This document shows, piece after piece, positions 27,208 to 41,159 of a stretch of 64,000 nucleotides of DNA (position 1 is its first letter; each line of letters starts with the position of its first letter). The notes beneath the pieces are model-generated. The model was not told the DNA's origin. It saw only the letters and a list, made by a program, of their open reading frames with translations, and searched no databases. The DNA is from Trichoplax sp. H2 (Eukaryota), in contig NOWV01000113.1 of NCBI GenBank assembly GCA_003344405.1, forward strand, positions 62,001-126,000. The letters are read 5' to 3'. The translations under genes and the position numbers were made by a program.

Positions 27208-30200
27208 ATGACCATATCTCCATTATCGCAACAAGGTAATGCGCGTGTACTGTAGAATTATTTTTTTAATAATTATAATCGCACACATTAGGATAAAGAT
27301 AGTATAGTAAAGCGCTGAATTTTATTATCGGCGTGTCTTAGGCCGATTTTTAATTACTCCAATATTGTTTTAAGGGATGAAAGAAACGTCAAAAAATCAA
27401 CCATCAGAGGATCTAAAATCCGTAAAACGTCTTCACCGACATGATAAAAGCATTATGCAATCCATACTGAAATTTCTGTATCAGCCGATCGATCCGTCAT
27501 CTCTTGGTATTACAAGGATTTTATTCGGTGAGAACTATCTACTGCACTTGACACGGTATTACTTAAATGGGTGTTCAATCTGTTTAAGTATGCTGCAGAA
27601 ATTAAATCTTATTTAAAACCTAGCTTTTAAATTAACTGTAAAATGCTATCTAGGCTTTTTGATGATCTTTGATATTACACAAGAACGTGGCATGGTTTAC
27701 ATCAACTTAAGATGGGGTGATCCGAAAGCCTGCGAATTTCCTTTACTAAGCAATTTACCAATCTTATCTGCTGACTGGATGCATATTTTGTATTTGTCGA
27801 TGATTGCTGCTGCTATCGGTATATGTATCGGATTTTACTATCGTATCGCTAGTATCTGGCTTGCACTAGGCCATTGGTACCTTATCTTGATAGATAAAAC
27901 TGCTTGGAATAATCATACATATCTTTTCGGCCTTTTTACAATCTTCTTTTCAGTTACGAATGCTAATCGATGGTGGTAAGTTGCCATATTTATTGATATT
28001 GAAGTATAGTTGTAACAAAAGAGAAATCACCACGATCACTTTAAAAGTGTGATATACGTATCGATGTAGATATCTCTTCTACATGGCTATTATGCTTCTT
28101 TTATCTACTACAATTTTAAGTTTACTAATTATATATAATTAATTAAACCCTATAATTTGAACAAAATCAAGGTCTGTTGATGGAGTCTTAAATCAAAAAA
28201 TTAATAATGTTCATATTCCACGTTGGAACTTAGCGCTGTTTCAGTTTCAGGTAAATACAACTACAAAATAAATTAAGTATGTGGTACCTTATCATCGGAT
28301 GACTTACTGTAAATATTTATACTTCGAAACAGATTTTCTTGGTATATTTCTTAGCTGGCGTGAAGAAACTTAATTCTGACTGGATTACGGGTAGTTCAGT
28401 TACGACGGTTGGCAGTCATTGGGTTTTTGCCCCTTTGCGTTTATTATTAACTACCCAACAAATAAGCCAATATGTTTTGCATTATGGTGGATTAATCTTC
28501 GATTTAATCGAAGGATACTTACTCTTTTTCAACATTACTCGACCCTTAGGAATTGCATTGGGCATTTACTTTCATATTTGTAATTCGCAGATTTTCACCA
28601 TAGGAATTTTCCCTTATGCTATGTTAGCCACTCTTCACATCTTTTGTAATCCTGATTGGCCAAAAAAAGTTATCATGAGGCTGTCACCTCGATGGAGAAA
28701 ATATTTCTTGCTCGATACACCACCAAAATATTCAGCATCCAATTGTTATTATAACGATTACAATCCAGATGACACTGGAAGTAGTGATCAAGAACGACTA
28801 GGTGATTCTGTTATAGAGAAGAAGTGGATACAGGAAGATTCCACTAAAACGAAAGGAATACAACAATTTAATTCACAAAATCGGCTGACGATGGCCATAC
28901 TAGCTGGATATGTAACTCTGCAACTTTTTCTACCCTTCTCTCATTTTATAACCCAGGTAAAAACTACTGGTATATACTGTCTAACAAATGTAATTGTCGA
29001 CTATGAGTATAGGATCATCTATTCATTTTAAGTCAAAATAGATTAAAGATATTTTCTGCATTATCTAGTTTAAATATTCCGTTCAAGATGTGATAGAAAT
29101 ACTTATCTCTTATATTAGGGCTACAATACATGGAATGAGCGTGGTCTTTACGGGTATTCGTGGGATATGATGGTAAATAGCTGGTCTTACCCTAAAATTA
29201 AAATCTTAGTTGTGGATTTATCTAATGGTAAACAGTATGGCGTTTTACCAAAGGTAATATAACTGCTAATTAAGGCAATCACTCAATATCAGATTTTATC
29301 AGTTCTTGCATTAGACCATGAATGTATTTACATCAGCATTCCATTTAAACGTCGCATTACCAAATTCTATACTTGAATATTTCGGTTCATATTTGTAATG
29401 CTTTCAAAATTGATGCTCCAAAATATTTATCAACTTATATAGTACGATATGTAATATCAATTTTATAATGACGATTTCATTAAGTGAATATAGTAAAATG
29501 GATATTTTGCAAGAAAATGGATGTACTAGCTATTAAGATCAGTATCAAGTAATAGCAAGGATAATTCATTTTATAAAACAACGTTATTTAAATGTTTATT
29601 TGTCTCCTATAAACTTATTAAAGTATCACGCTTCGATAATAATTATTACACATTGGTCAGAGTCCAATATTGCTAACTGAAATAGGTTCAATATAATGGC
29701 CGATAATTAATCTGTAATTAAAAAATATTTACCGCTCCATGATATAAAAATATTCTTGTGTATAAGTATTGATGCCGAATATGAGCGATGGTATAGCTAA
29801 TTTAAGATAATTTTTTATTAATTAATCTTATATCTTCATTTACATATATACTGCACTTTAGAGCTTTATTGGTGGCGCAGATTCAAGATTTCTACGCTGG
29901 AGTACTTATCCTAGCATGATTAAGCAATACGGCAATTGTCTTGCGAAACAAATGAAAACTTCGTATGAAATTAAACAGCCAGCAGTGTATTTGGATATTT
30001 GGAAGTCAATGAATGGTCGATTTAGGCAAAGGCTTATCAATCCAAAAGTTGACATCGTTTCTGCACCGTGGTCACCATGGAAAAAGACTCCCTGGTTAAT
30101 GCCATTGCTAGCTAATTTAACCAACTGGAGAAATAAAATGCCCGAGCTTAAGAAAAGATATTCTATAGACGATAAAAGTCGAATTATACGATTTTATGCT

Positions 30201-30665
30201 GATTTCCCTGGCTATACACAAGAAGTACCTGTTCCAGCTGCTCTGCAAGCTAACCTAACTGTCCTTGAAGGTCAAGTCGAGGTTAATGCTAGCCGTTACA
30301 TTTACAAATTAAACCCGAAAATGACAATTAGGTTACCTTCTAATGTCACACATACGGTCACTGTTACCTCCGAAAGGCCTGCCGCTTATTTCTATCGGAT
30401 TGAAAATGCAACGCTAGCAAGGATTCTAGCAGAAGAGAAGGAGAATATAAAAAATAGAGTAGAAGATTATAGCCCTAAGAGCTATCTTACTTATTTTAGC
30501 ACCAGCGTTCGATTCGTTACTGGAAATATAATAGAGTTTTTGAAAAGTAAAGTTTTAATTTATTATCACATTGCCATAAATACTTTCGATGCTATTCAAA
30601 ATATTATAGAATCCGAAAATATCACGGATTCAACTCTAGATTCAGTTTCGCCTTCTAATAATTAA
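27208..30665 (+). CDS. GGCX: Vitamin K-dependent gamma-glutamyl carboxylase, paralog 1. Exons 27208-27235, 27375-27527, 27654-27975, 28172-28250, 28333-28956, 29119-29253, 29862-30665
   Basis: Motifs PIDPSSLG.TRILFG, QERG, WNNHTYL, YFLAGVKKLNSDW (catalytic Lys), [28 protein letters not shown]. All junctions are GT-AG and in frame. Confidence 0.93.
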
Positions 30666-32379
30666 AATTAGACGATAAATATATTACTTAATAAATTAAG
30701 TTGATAAATATCTAAGGATCATTTATAAAAGCCTAAATAATTGTAATTCGGCTAAAGCCATAACGTTATCGGTCATGCTATAATTCTAAGAGCTATGAGC
30801 AGCATTGCGATATTGTATATCATACTATCATATAATAGGCTGAGTTCTACATATTTAGATCTCCTTATGAAATATACAGGATGATACATCACTTATTATT
30901 GCGTAATGAATGCTTTATTGGCCCCGAAGGTTCACAGTCTTCTTAACTCAAAATTTGAGTTAATAAAAGGTTACACTTTCATTATACCTTCCATTATAAA
31001 CAATTACTTTAATAAGTACATTATATCTGATTATTCTACGCCACTTAGTGCTTTCCCTCATATTATTACCACACTTACCACACTTTCAAAACATAACTAC
31101 TATAATTAGCCAAAATTGCTATATATTGCAAATGTCTTTACATTACTTAACACTGTATGCCAAATAAAAGATTAACGTAGACTTTGATTATGAATTTATT
31201 TTGATCTATCATAACCTGTAGCAACGTAGTATAGATGTGCCGTACGTAAGAAATAAAATATTTTAAATCGATAAGGCAATTATTAGCATTATATAATGAT
31301 TTCATCATCATTCTAGCTCTCAAAGTATTGTACTCCTATACTGTACCTTAAAAGTTTTGGTAACTGACTGTGATTAAGCGATTCTTAGTAGTTGGCATGT
31401 ACAATCTTTTACTTCGATTTATTCTATCGATGGAATTTATTGCACGCAGTACGATTGAACATTTGGACTTAATAATGGCATGACGGTGCTTTTCTGTTTA
31501 TAAACTTCAGTGTTAAGGTCGTCAAAATTCGTAAAAAGTGAAAATTTTACAGATATTGATTACCCTATTAAAAAATATGGCTGCGCAAAATTTAAGCAAT
31601 TACGGATATGTTGCCTGTTAAAATACACATATAGTTCCTAGGATAATAAATTTATATTGTTTATCATATATAAAAGTTAATGCAACTAATTGCCTTACAT
31701 TTTGTGAATTAGGTGCTGTGATAACTCCATAACCTATAGTGGAATTCATTTCTACCACTTTTAAAGACTTAATCAGATCAGTTTCATAGGCGATCCTCTT
31801 AAAGCAATACTTATTTCATTGCAGTAAAATTTAAGATTTTAAAATCATAGTAAATCTCATTTATTAGGATTGCTACGTAATAAAAGAATGAAATCAAATC
31901 GCTGAATCTTGCACACTAATATATGCCTTCTTATTGATAACATTTGAATAAAGCAAATATCATTAAATCAAAAGATTTTGATAGACTAATGTTGATTCTG
32001 CTGTAATAGCTATGTGCGTATTTCTTTTGTCTAGTTAATGAGTACGATGTATGCAGTTTACACATTCTGCAGTTAACCTATTTTTATAATTCATACTGCC
32101 AATAATCGTCTTGTAAAAAAATAAGAATTTACTATAGTAGCAGTAGCTTTTAAAGGTTTTAAAATTATTCACTTACAGATTTATTTCTAAATATTCTATT
32201 GATAGCAGGATAGAAGTATCATTCTTGGATGCTGTATAAATCTGCACTAGTCAGGAGCTAAAAATTCTCTAACGGCAGCAAGCACCAAAGTTTTGGATCA
32301 CTGATTTAGATATTCTAGTAATTATGTGTGGAAATAGCACAGTAGTTATGTTTCTAGCAATAAATCATATTTAGTCAAA

Positions 32380-34608
32380 ACTATAAATCTTCTAACAGTC
32401 ACAGATATCGAAGATCCTACCTACATCTCGCAAATTATCTATAGCATTTATCGTCGTGAAGTACTAGCAGGCTTGTTATATAAATTAGCCTAAAATTGTA
32501 TACTCTTAACAATGTTACTGATGATTTTGAATCGCTTATTCTGAAATTTGTTTCTGGACATGAGAGTGTCTGTAGTAAAATGGCTATTTATATATAGCGA
32601 AATCAGGAATTACGGCAAAAATATGATTCTGCGACAGTAGTTCACATCAGAACTATTAAGTCAATCATTTAAAGATTTTTTTCTATGTATTAGAGTACAT
32701 GTACCATGGAAATACCGGTAGTATATATTCATCTAATGAAATAGCGATGAAATTTTAAACGTAATATATTGAGGATAAATTTTACATCAAGTTTATGTAC
32801 ACATAATAAAATATGAGAAGGTTTTATTATCACAATCTATAAATATTGGTAAAAATTCGTACGCTCGCGGAATTTGATATGATGTGGTATAGTTGCAATT
32901 ATTGATTTCTATGTGTCTGTTTTTTAGCGAATAAAAGTTGATTTAGTTGCTGTTCGTAAACGTATCAGTCTAGTACTTTAGAGTCCATATAATATTCTAT
33001 TGAACTAGTAGGCGAAATACCGTACATTAATTAAACAAACTAATTATAGCAAAGGCAAGTAATGTAGTGTTCAATTCTATGTAAACTATAAGTTTGAGTA
33101 AATAGCTCTCTAAAAAAATTGTCCATACCGTTCATTAATCAGCATAGCATATTATACATTCACCGTAAATAGTACACTAGATAAAACGATAAAGTTTATG
33201 TCGCAAATGAAATATTTTCCCTTTTATATCCGGATAATTCAGCTGATACAAGTTAAAATGTGGACTGTAATCATTGTAGCGAACAACATTATGAGCCTCT
33301 AATAGCTGGAAAAAAATTGTATCCATTTCATCTTTCTCTAATAACGTCAACAGCTGTACCGTATGAAGTTTTGTTGTTATTGATAATGCTTACTGCAATA
33401 CTTTTGAGACATGTAGTAAAGAAAGAAAGAAAAGAATATCATAAAGAGAAGATGATACTGGATTTATTAGTACCATATGAATTAGTGTTATTTACGATAT
33501 TAACTTTATAACGTATTATTAATTTACCTACATCACGTGTAAATGTACGCTCACACTTGGGTTCAGGTACTGTATTTGTTTATACTTTATTTTATCTCAA
33601 TAAATATAAAAGAGGCTTTGAGACCATGCTAGAAATGACACTTTGAGTAAATCCTGGTAGTAGCATCCAACTATCGCTTCGTTAGAGCAGGTTTAGAGTA
33701 ACCAGATTCGGCTACTGATGAATGCGCTATAAGAAGCTGTAATGATCGCTATGAAATTAGTCAGAGTCTTTTTTTAATTAGTCTTAGTCTTAGTCCGCAA
33801 TAGAATAGGCTTCTTAATATATCGAGACACTAGCTATTAATTTAAGATAAACTACTTTGCTACTTTGCCCACGTATTATTCTCTCTATATTAGTCAAGCA
33901 TAAATGTTGATCTATCAAATTCTAGGACTTCATAACACGCTTTTAAAATGATGTCGAGTTAATAATTTAATGTTCTATTATTTTTAGCTTCAAATTACAC
34001 TTTGCGAATCATTAGATATCAAAAAATATTAACCATTAATAAGAAAAACAAATTTTCTGTCTATGGTATAGTAATTTTCAACCTACGTGCATCGCATAGA
34101 GTAACAAGTGCAACGGAAAAGTTACTAAAATTAACAAAAATACATCATATTACGGCAATTAATTTTTTATTTTCCGAGTATCATATTGTTGTCATTATTC
34201 TAGTGTACAGTATTTTACTAGCTTTAAGATATCCGAGTAAGTTCTTCTATAGATTTATAAACACCGTACCGAGCTAAGATATATTGTAATTCGATGCTAT
34301 TTTTACCTCTATTTAAATTCTGTACCTAATTTAATATCAATAATATACTCCCAAATTTGACCATGATATTCATTAACCACAACGTTAACGAGGAAATCTT
34401 AGTATTTTAATTTATTACTATCTATCGTAAATACAAACCTCTGGCAGTCATGATGGTCACTTTAAGTGGATTGAAATCTTCAATTAATGGAGCGAAATAA
34501 ATAAAAAATTAGCTTAAAATGAACACTTATGCAAGCCAGATGTGGCACACATGTTTTAAAAACGTATCCCTAATTCATACCTGAATTATTAATCACTTTT
34601 AGAATAAT
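32380..34608 (+). repeat. Non-coding segmental duplication, copy A
   Basis: Colinear shared blocks with 41160-42280 and 46170-47192, e.g. AAGAGAAGATGATACTGGATT, CAAAAAATATTAACCATTAATAAG, GCAAGCCAGATGTGGCACACATGTTTT. Confidence 0.85.
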
Positions 34609-36262
34609 TAGCATCGTAATACTCGTTGTACAATGGATGCAGTTAAAATTTTACTGAGTCCATTCAGACGTAATAGCCGAACTTAATTTAGTCGTATATT
34701 GGCGACTCTTCATTGTCCTGAACCAGGGCGTGATTACGCATTAGGAAAGTAACTTGTATTTATGGCTGACGTAGAACGTTCTATATTAGTAGTGCCATAT
34801 TCTTAACCTAGAATTACAACGGCTATAATACTAAGGATGTTGTCTTGAGCAGGTATTACTAAAGCAAAAGGGGAAAATAGACTACTCTTAGCATCATTCT
34901 AGAATTTCATGGATCTTGACCGACCAACCTAATGAAATTGACAATTTTTATTAAAGTTTTAATCATTGTAAGCTATTCTGAATAGGCATTACAGTATTAG
35001 CCGAGAGCACAACGCATATTGGTAGATCAATCCAACTGCAAGGATATTTTCCATTTTTATCATTTTTTTATAGCTATAATCTATTGTAATTTCGTTAAAT
35101 TTTAATATGCGTCATAGCTAATTGTCTAAATAATGATGATCCTTAATATCCTCTGATATGGAGGGTACGGTATGGTAGCCCTGACTTTAAAAATGTTTTT
35201 TTATTAATTTTAGGTTACTAAACTGCCATACCAGTAAAATATCAGGATAGCACGTAGACTTTTGCTAGTTTCATAATCGAGATTTATGAATTTACCGGTA
35301 TGCTTTATTTCTAAGTTACAAGTGAAATTAAGGCGTAGAACCTAAATTCTCTGTCTTTCACTTAACCCTTTAATTCGCGCAGCCGCTTTCGCAGTTTCTC
35401 TTAAACTTATGGTTGCCGTATGAAAACAACACAGTTATATAATAAGTATTTAATAACCAACCTTCCATATAAATATCACAATGACAACGATATTCTCGTT
35501 AACAATTTCTAGTAATTAATTGACCGATATTTCATATATATGTGGTACAAAGATTAGTAGATGAATTAAAATATTACCTTTTTATTAATTAAGATTCTAA
35601 TGCCTGTAAATATTTGATGTATATGCATGGTAACAGATACTGTACTGTACTTGGAAAGAATTGAGGCTGTAATCTTTTCAGCTTAGTAAGTAGATTAGAT
35701 TTAACTCAGTCCTAGTGCAGAAATATCTCATGTTTACGTACTTTAAGATTCGTTGATTTATTTATTTTTATCTATCGCATTTCAAATTCAATAAATCGCT
35801 AATTAATCCATTTAACTGACTTGAAATAAATAACATGAGCTTCCACTTTTCATCTTAAGATTCAATTTGAAAAATCAAGTATTTATTATAAACCTTTTAT
35901 ACAAAGGAAATACGCGTAAATCTACGATATCTGACTGATCTACATTATAACATAATATTATGTGGTAGTTAATTATGGCTATTATATAAGATGCAGTAAT
36001 ATACAGCAATACAATACTTGATAGCTATGAATATGTGTATCGATAATCGTATAAAACATTTTATCTATCAAAATTCGCTGAAGATGAAAGATATCCAATG
36101 CTTTCATGCGTATGATATTGAAATACCAGGATGATTGATTTGATAAAGAATAATAATCGAATTTTAAATAACTTTCGATACATAAAATGAGCTCTTCATG
36201 CTTGCATTGACTGAAATAGTGTAAGTAGCTGCCATATTATTATAGAGTACATAGAGAGGGCC

Positions 36263-39200
36263 TTAGAATGTTTCTGATGATAAAATTTCGAAAAATTTCT
36301 CATGCATTAAAGCAGCTTCCTCGTGCTTACCTTGATCTTCATAAAGCTGTCCAATGGCGAAGTATAAACTTGCAATTGCTGGATGGTTATGATCAAGGAC
36401 CAATCGTCGAATTCTAAGTGATTTCTTAAACATAGAAATAGCCTCTTCATGATTCTTTTGATCACAATATATAGCTCCTAGATTACTATATGAGTCAGCA
36501 ATAGAAGGATGATTGTGACCAAGGAATGAACATTGAACTTTGAGTAACTTCTTATATGTAGAAATGGCCTCTTTAAGTTTACCTTGCTTAAAATAGGCGT
36601 TTCCCATGTTATTATATATTGCAGCAAGATCAGAATGATTATCACCAAGGATTGACAATTGAATTTTGAGTGAATTCTTATACATAGATATACTCTCCTC
36701 ATACTTTCCTTGGTCAAGATAGACATTTCCGATGTTGACATACGTCATGACAAGATCGGGATGATTATGACCTTGGACTGACAATCTAATTTCAAGTGAT
36801 TTCTTATGCATAGAAATAGCTTCTTTATATTTACCCTGTCTTCTATAGCAGATTCCTAAACTACTATATGAATGGGCAACTTGGTGATGATTGTGACCAA
36901 AAAGTGACAACCTAATTTTGAGCGATTTCTCATGCATAGAAATAGCTTCATCATCCTTTTCTAACTCGTAAAGGCTAAGCCCAATATTATTATATGCCAT
37001 AGCAAGATTGTGATCATCGCAGTCTGTGACTAATATTTGAATTTTAAGTGACTTCTCGTAATTAGAAAAGGCTTCTTCATACTTACGTTGAGCATAGTAA
37101 ATATTTCCTATCTCACTATATGATTGGGCGACATCAGTGTGATTATCACCTAAAGTGGACTTATGGATTTTGAGCGACTTTTCATACATAGAAATAGCCT
37201 TTTCATGCTTGCCCTGCTTAAAATAGGCATTTCCTAAGTCCTTATATGATCTAGCCATATCGGGATGATTGTCATCAAGAACAGATAATTTTACTTCGAG
37301 TGACTTCTTATACATAGAAATTGCCTGTTCACAATTTCCTTGATTCATATATGCAGTTCCTATTCTGCTATATGACATAGCCACTTTTGGATGATTATGA
37401 CCAAGGGTTGACAATCGAATTTTAAGTGCCTTCTTATGCATAGAAATAGCCTCTTCATGCTTATTCTGAATAGCATAAACAATTCCCATATTGTCCTTTA
37501 TATCAGCGATATGGGGATGATCGCCTTTATGGACTAATAATTCAATTCTGAGTGACTTCTCATACATCGTAATAGCTTCTTCATGCTTGCCTTGTTTAAA
37601 ATGCTCGTTCCCTAAATTGATATACGAATCAGCAATTTGGGGATGATCGTGACCGAGGACTGATAATTGAATATTGAGTAACTTTTCGTACATGGAAATA
37701 GCCTCTTCGTGACTTTCTTGTTTAGCATACTCATCAGCTAGATTGCTGAATGAATTAGCAACTTCGATATTATCTTCGCCAAAGACTGACGAACGAATCT
37801 TTAGCGATTGTTTATACATAGAAATGGCTTCTTTATGTTTACCTTGATCGCTATATACCATTCCTATATTGCTATATAATTTTGCAACTTCAGGGTGATT
37901 GTGGCCAAGGACTGATAATCGAATTTTGAATGATTTCTTATACATTGAAATAGCATCGTCATGCTTACCCTGACGAAAATAGACGTTTCCCATCTCATTG
38001 TATGATTCAGCTAAGTGGGGATTACTAGAGACTGATGATTGAATTTTGAGTGACTTTTCATACAGAGAAATAGCCTCTTCGAACTTTCTCTGATGAAAAA
38101 AAACATGCCCCATGTTACTATATGAATTGGCAATATCGGGATGACTATGATCAAGGACTGATAATTGAATTTTAAGTGCCCTCTCATACATAGTAATAGC
38201 ATCTTCAGATTTGCATAGATGAGCATAGGCATTTCCCAGATTTTTGTATGATATTGCAACATGAGGATGCTTGTCACCAAGGACTGACAATTGAATTTTA
38301 AGTGACCTTTTAAACATCTCAATGGCTTCTTCATACTTCTTTTGAATGGAATAAACTTGCCCTAAGTTGTTATATGACATGGCAACATCGGAATGATTGT
38401 GACCAAAGACTGACAATTGAATTTTGAGTGACTTGTTGTGCATAGAAATAGCCTTTTCATGTTTGCCCTGCTCCTGATATACAACTGCCATGTTGTTATA
38501 TGACTTAGCTACATCGTCATGCTCGTGACCAAAGACAGATAAATTAATTTTGTGTGATTTCTCGTACATAGAAATAGCATCTTCATACTTGCCCTGATTG
38601 TAATAGATATTTCCAATATTATTGTATAATGCAGCAACATCTAGGTGATTACTACCAAGAGTAGACAGATAAATTTTAAGTGACTTCTCATACATAGAAA
38701 TAGCCTCTTCATGCTTGTTCTGATTTCTATACACAATGCCTATGCTATTATATGATCTAGCAACATCAGGATGATTGTGATCATAGACTGATAGTCGAAT
38801 TTTGAGAGATTCCTCGAACACAGAAATAGCTTTTTCATACTTGTTTTGATCACAGTAGACCCATCCTAAGTTATAATATGATGCAGCAACATCAGGATGA
38901 TTATGGCCGTGGGCTGATAATCGAATTTTGAGCGACTTCTCGAGCATAGAAATAGCTTCTTCAAGCTTGCCTTGCTTTCTGTAGATAGTACCAATATTGT
39001 TATAAGACTGAGTAACGTCAGGATGATTATGGCCAAGGGCTGATAATCGAATTTTGAGCGACTTCTCGAGCATAGATATGGCTTCTTTATGCTTACCTTG
39101 ATCGCCATACACAATTCCGAGATTGTCATATGATGCAGCAACATCAAGATGGTTATCACCAAGGGCTGACAATTTAATTTTGAGTGATTTCTTATACAAA

Positions 39201-40063
39201 GATATAGCAACTTTGTACTTCTTTTGACTTTGGTAGATCTTTCCTAAGTTGTTGTATGATTTGGCAACATCAGGATGAGTCTGACCAAGGGCTGACAATC
39301 GAATTTGGAGTGACTTCTCAAACATAGAAATCGCCTTATCCCAATTGTTCTGGCTAAAGTAGACGTTTCCTAGACTATCATACGACGTTGCCACGTCAGG
39401 ATGATTATAACCAAGAACTGATACCTGAATTTTGAGTGATTTCTCATACATAGACATGGCCTCTTCACTCTTGTCCTGACACTGGTAGATATCCCCTAGG
39501 CTACTGCATGACTTGATGATATCGAGATGATTGCGACCAGAAACTGATAATTCAGTTTTGAGTTCCTTCTCAAGCATAGGAAGAACCTTGGCTATGCTTT
39601 GAGAATCAGTAAAATCTACATACAAAAAATTCTCGGTATCTACACCCTCCTTGTCTAACAAATTTAATATTAAATCCTGAAATTTCATTTGATCTTCTTC
39701 CACTGCCCCATTCCAGTCTCCTCGTAATTGCTTAATACCACCTTGCTTGTCTAAGCATTGAGCAATTAATAATTCTTCCTGTAGCTTTTCAGCTAGTTCT
39801 TGTGCTTTTTTACGGAATTTTTCTGCTTTTATGCATTCACTTCGCTTTATGTATATATCCACAGTAAGTAGATAAATGTTGCATTGAAGTCGATCAAGAT
39901 CAGCATCACTTGTACTTTGGGATATCGTCTGAATTTTATCCAAGGCTTGTGTATAGTAAGATAACGCTTCACTAAGATTGCCAGATTGGTGATTAACGAA
40001 ACCTTTATTGAATACAGATATTATATCCTCAGGGATAGTAAACTTGATCGGTTGATTCTCCAT
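36263..40063 (-). CDS. Intronless tetratricopeptide-repeat protein, 1266 aa, ~26 tandem 42-aa TPRs (kinesin-light-chain/nephrocystin-3-like type)
   Basis: Single ORF with the repeating unit HPDVAxSYNNLGxVYxxQGKxEEAISMYEKSLKIxLSxLGxN after a ~170-aa N-terminal region. No P-loop motif seen. Confidence 0.93.
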   Translation of the reverse strand: MENQPIKFTIPEDIISVFNKGFVNHQSGNLSEALSYYTQALDKIQTISQSTSDADLDRLQCNIYLLTVDIYIKRSECIKAEKFRKKAQELAEKLQEELLIAQCLDKQGGIKQLRGDWNGAVEEDQMKFQDLILNLLDKEGVDTENFLYVDFTDSQSIAKVLPMLEKELKTELSVSGRNHLDIIKSCSSLGDIYQCQDKSEEAMSMYEKSLKIQVSVLGYNHPDVATSYDSLGNVYFSQNNWDKAISMFEKSLQIRLSALGQTHPDVAKSYNNLGKIYQSQKKYKVAISLYKKSLKIKLSALGDNHLDVAASYDNLGIVYGDQGKHKEAISMLEKSLKIRLSALGHNHPDVTQSYNNIGTIYRKQGKLEEAISMLEKSLKIRLSAHGHNHPDVAASYYNLGWVYCDQNKYEKAISVFEESLKIRLSVYDHNHPDVARSYNSIGIVYRNQNKHEEAISMYEKSLKIYLSTLGSNHLDVAALYNNIGNIYYNQGKYEDAISMYEKSHKINLSVFGHEHDDVAKSYNNMAVVYQEQGKHEKAISMHNKSLKIQLSVFGHNHSDVAMSYNNLGQVYSIQKKYEEAIEMFKRSLKIQLSVLGDKHPHVAISYKNLGNAYAHLCKSEDAITMYERALKIQLSVLDHSHPDIANSYSNMGHVFFHQRKFEEAISLYEKSLKIQSSVSSNPHLAESYNEMGNVYFRQGKHDDAISMYKKSFKIRLSVLGHNHPEVAKLYSNIGMVYSDQGKHKEAISMYKQSLKIRSSVFGEDNIEVANSFSNLADEYAKQESHEEAISMYEKLLNIQLSVLGHDHPQIADSYINLGNEHFKQGKHEEAITMYEKSLRIELLVHKGDHPHIADIKDNMGIVYAIQNKHEEAISMHKKALKIRLSTLGHNHPKVAMSYSRIGTAYMNQGNCEQAISMYKKSLEVKLSVLDDNHPDMARSYKDLGNAYFKQGKHEKAISMYEKSLKIHKSTLGDNHTDVAQSYSEIGNIYYAQRKYEEAFSNYEKSLKIQILVTDCDDHNLAMAYNNIGLSLYELEKDDEAISMHEKSLKIRLSLFGHNHHQVAHSYSSLGICYRRQGKYKEAISMHKKSLEIRLSVQGHNHPDLVMTYVNIGNVYLDQGKYEESISMYKNSLKIQLSILGDNHSDLAAIYNNMGNAYFKQGKLKEAISTYKKLLKVQCSFLGHNHPSIADSYSNLGAIYCDQKNHEEAISMFKKSLRIRRLVLDHNHPAIASLYFAIGQLYEDQGKHEEAALMHEKFFEILSSETF

Positions 40064-41159
40064 GTTAAAATCTGAAACACTAAAGCGATATCGGTAATAG
40101 TTAGTGAATGTGAAACAGTTTTATCCAGCAACCTCTAACACGGGTAAACTGAAAAAACTTAGTAGCAAACTGAAGATCACTTCTATCTACGTTAAGACTT
40201 CAGTGGTTTTTTCCTCCCGTGGTCGGTTTTAAGACCGCATCAAGATTATAAAACTTCAGCGCAAACTATGGCAAAAAAGCTATTTGCTATATGTACTTTG
40301 TATATTTAATTAGGAAGAATACAAGACCGTTGTACGAGTAGGGAGGGTCCTAGTCGTCATTTAGTACTTCCAAAATACTCGTCAACAATTTTCTGTTATT
40401 ATTCCGTAAGAGCTGCGAAGTACTGTTTAGTAGAGAGTAGTTTTAGTAGCTAAACCATCCAGATACGGAAGTTAATCGCTCATAAGCAGATTAAAATATG
40501 CCAAAGCAATGGGTTCAATGGTCATTAGGTTCAGTACATCTTCATACAGTAAATTAGTAAGTTTCGGTTTCATTATCCACACAGGCAATGAGTATTATGT
40601 ATTTTATATCCGTAGAAGAAACATCATGGTCACTAAAGATATCACTAGTAACGTGATACTGCGGAATTACTATAAGCTTGTTCAAGCTAGGTTAGTGATA
40701 GTAGTCTCTGACCTATAGTATCATGGATTCAATCCTCACTAAAGATTCCTACAGATACATATTTTGGAGTACACTATCATTCGATGTTTAAAATTCATGT
40801 AGCACTGTGAATCATTTACCATACCCCAATAATCCGGTCAGTAGTAGGACTACATTAGAGTAGTGCAGTAATTTATCATGTTCGTTATCATGCCTAGATG
40901 AGATAAACGTTTAACCCTTAAGGTTCGCGGTCCGATAACGTAAAGTTGGGGTTTTTAAAAGGATGCCGTTTCATCATATCAGTCAAAATTAAGAGTAACT
41001 TTATTAGAAAATCCGAGTATTCTACGTCACATAGTGCTTTCATTCATATTACTATCAGACTTTCAAAATATATAACTACTGTAATTATCTAAAATCATTG
41101 CATATTCTTTAGTATCTTCAGCAGTAAACAATACGGTATCCCAATTAGCTTCAGTTATA

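Noticed and set aside
36478-39210. Short minus-strand ORFs nested in the TPR gene
   Set aside because: Alternative frames of the 126-bp repeat.
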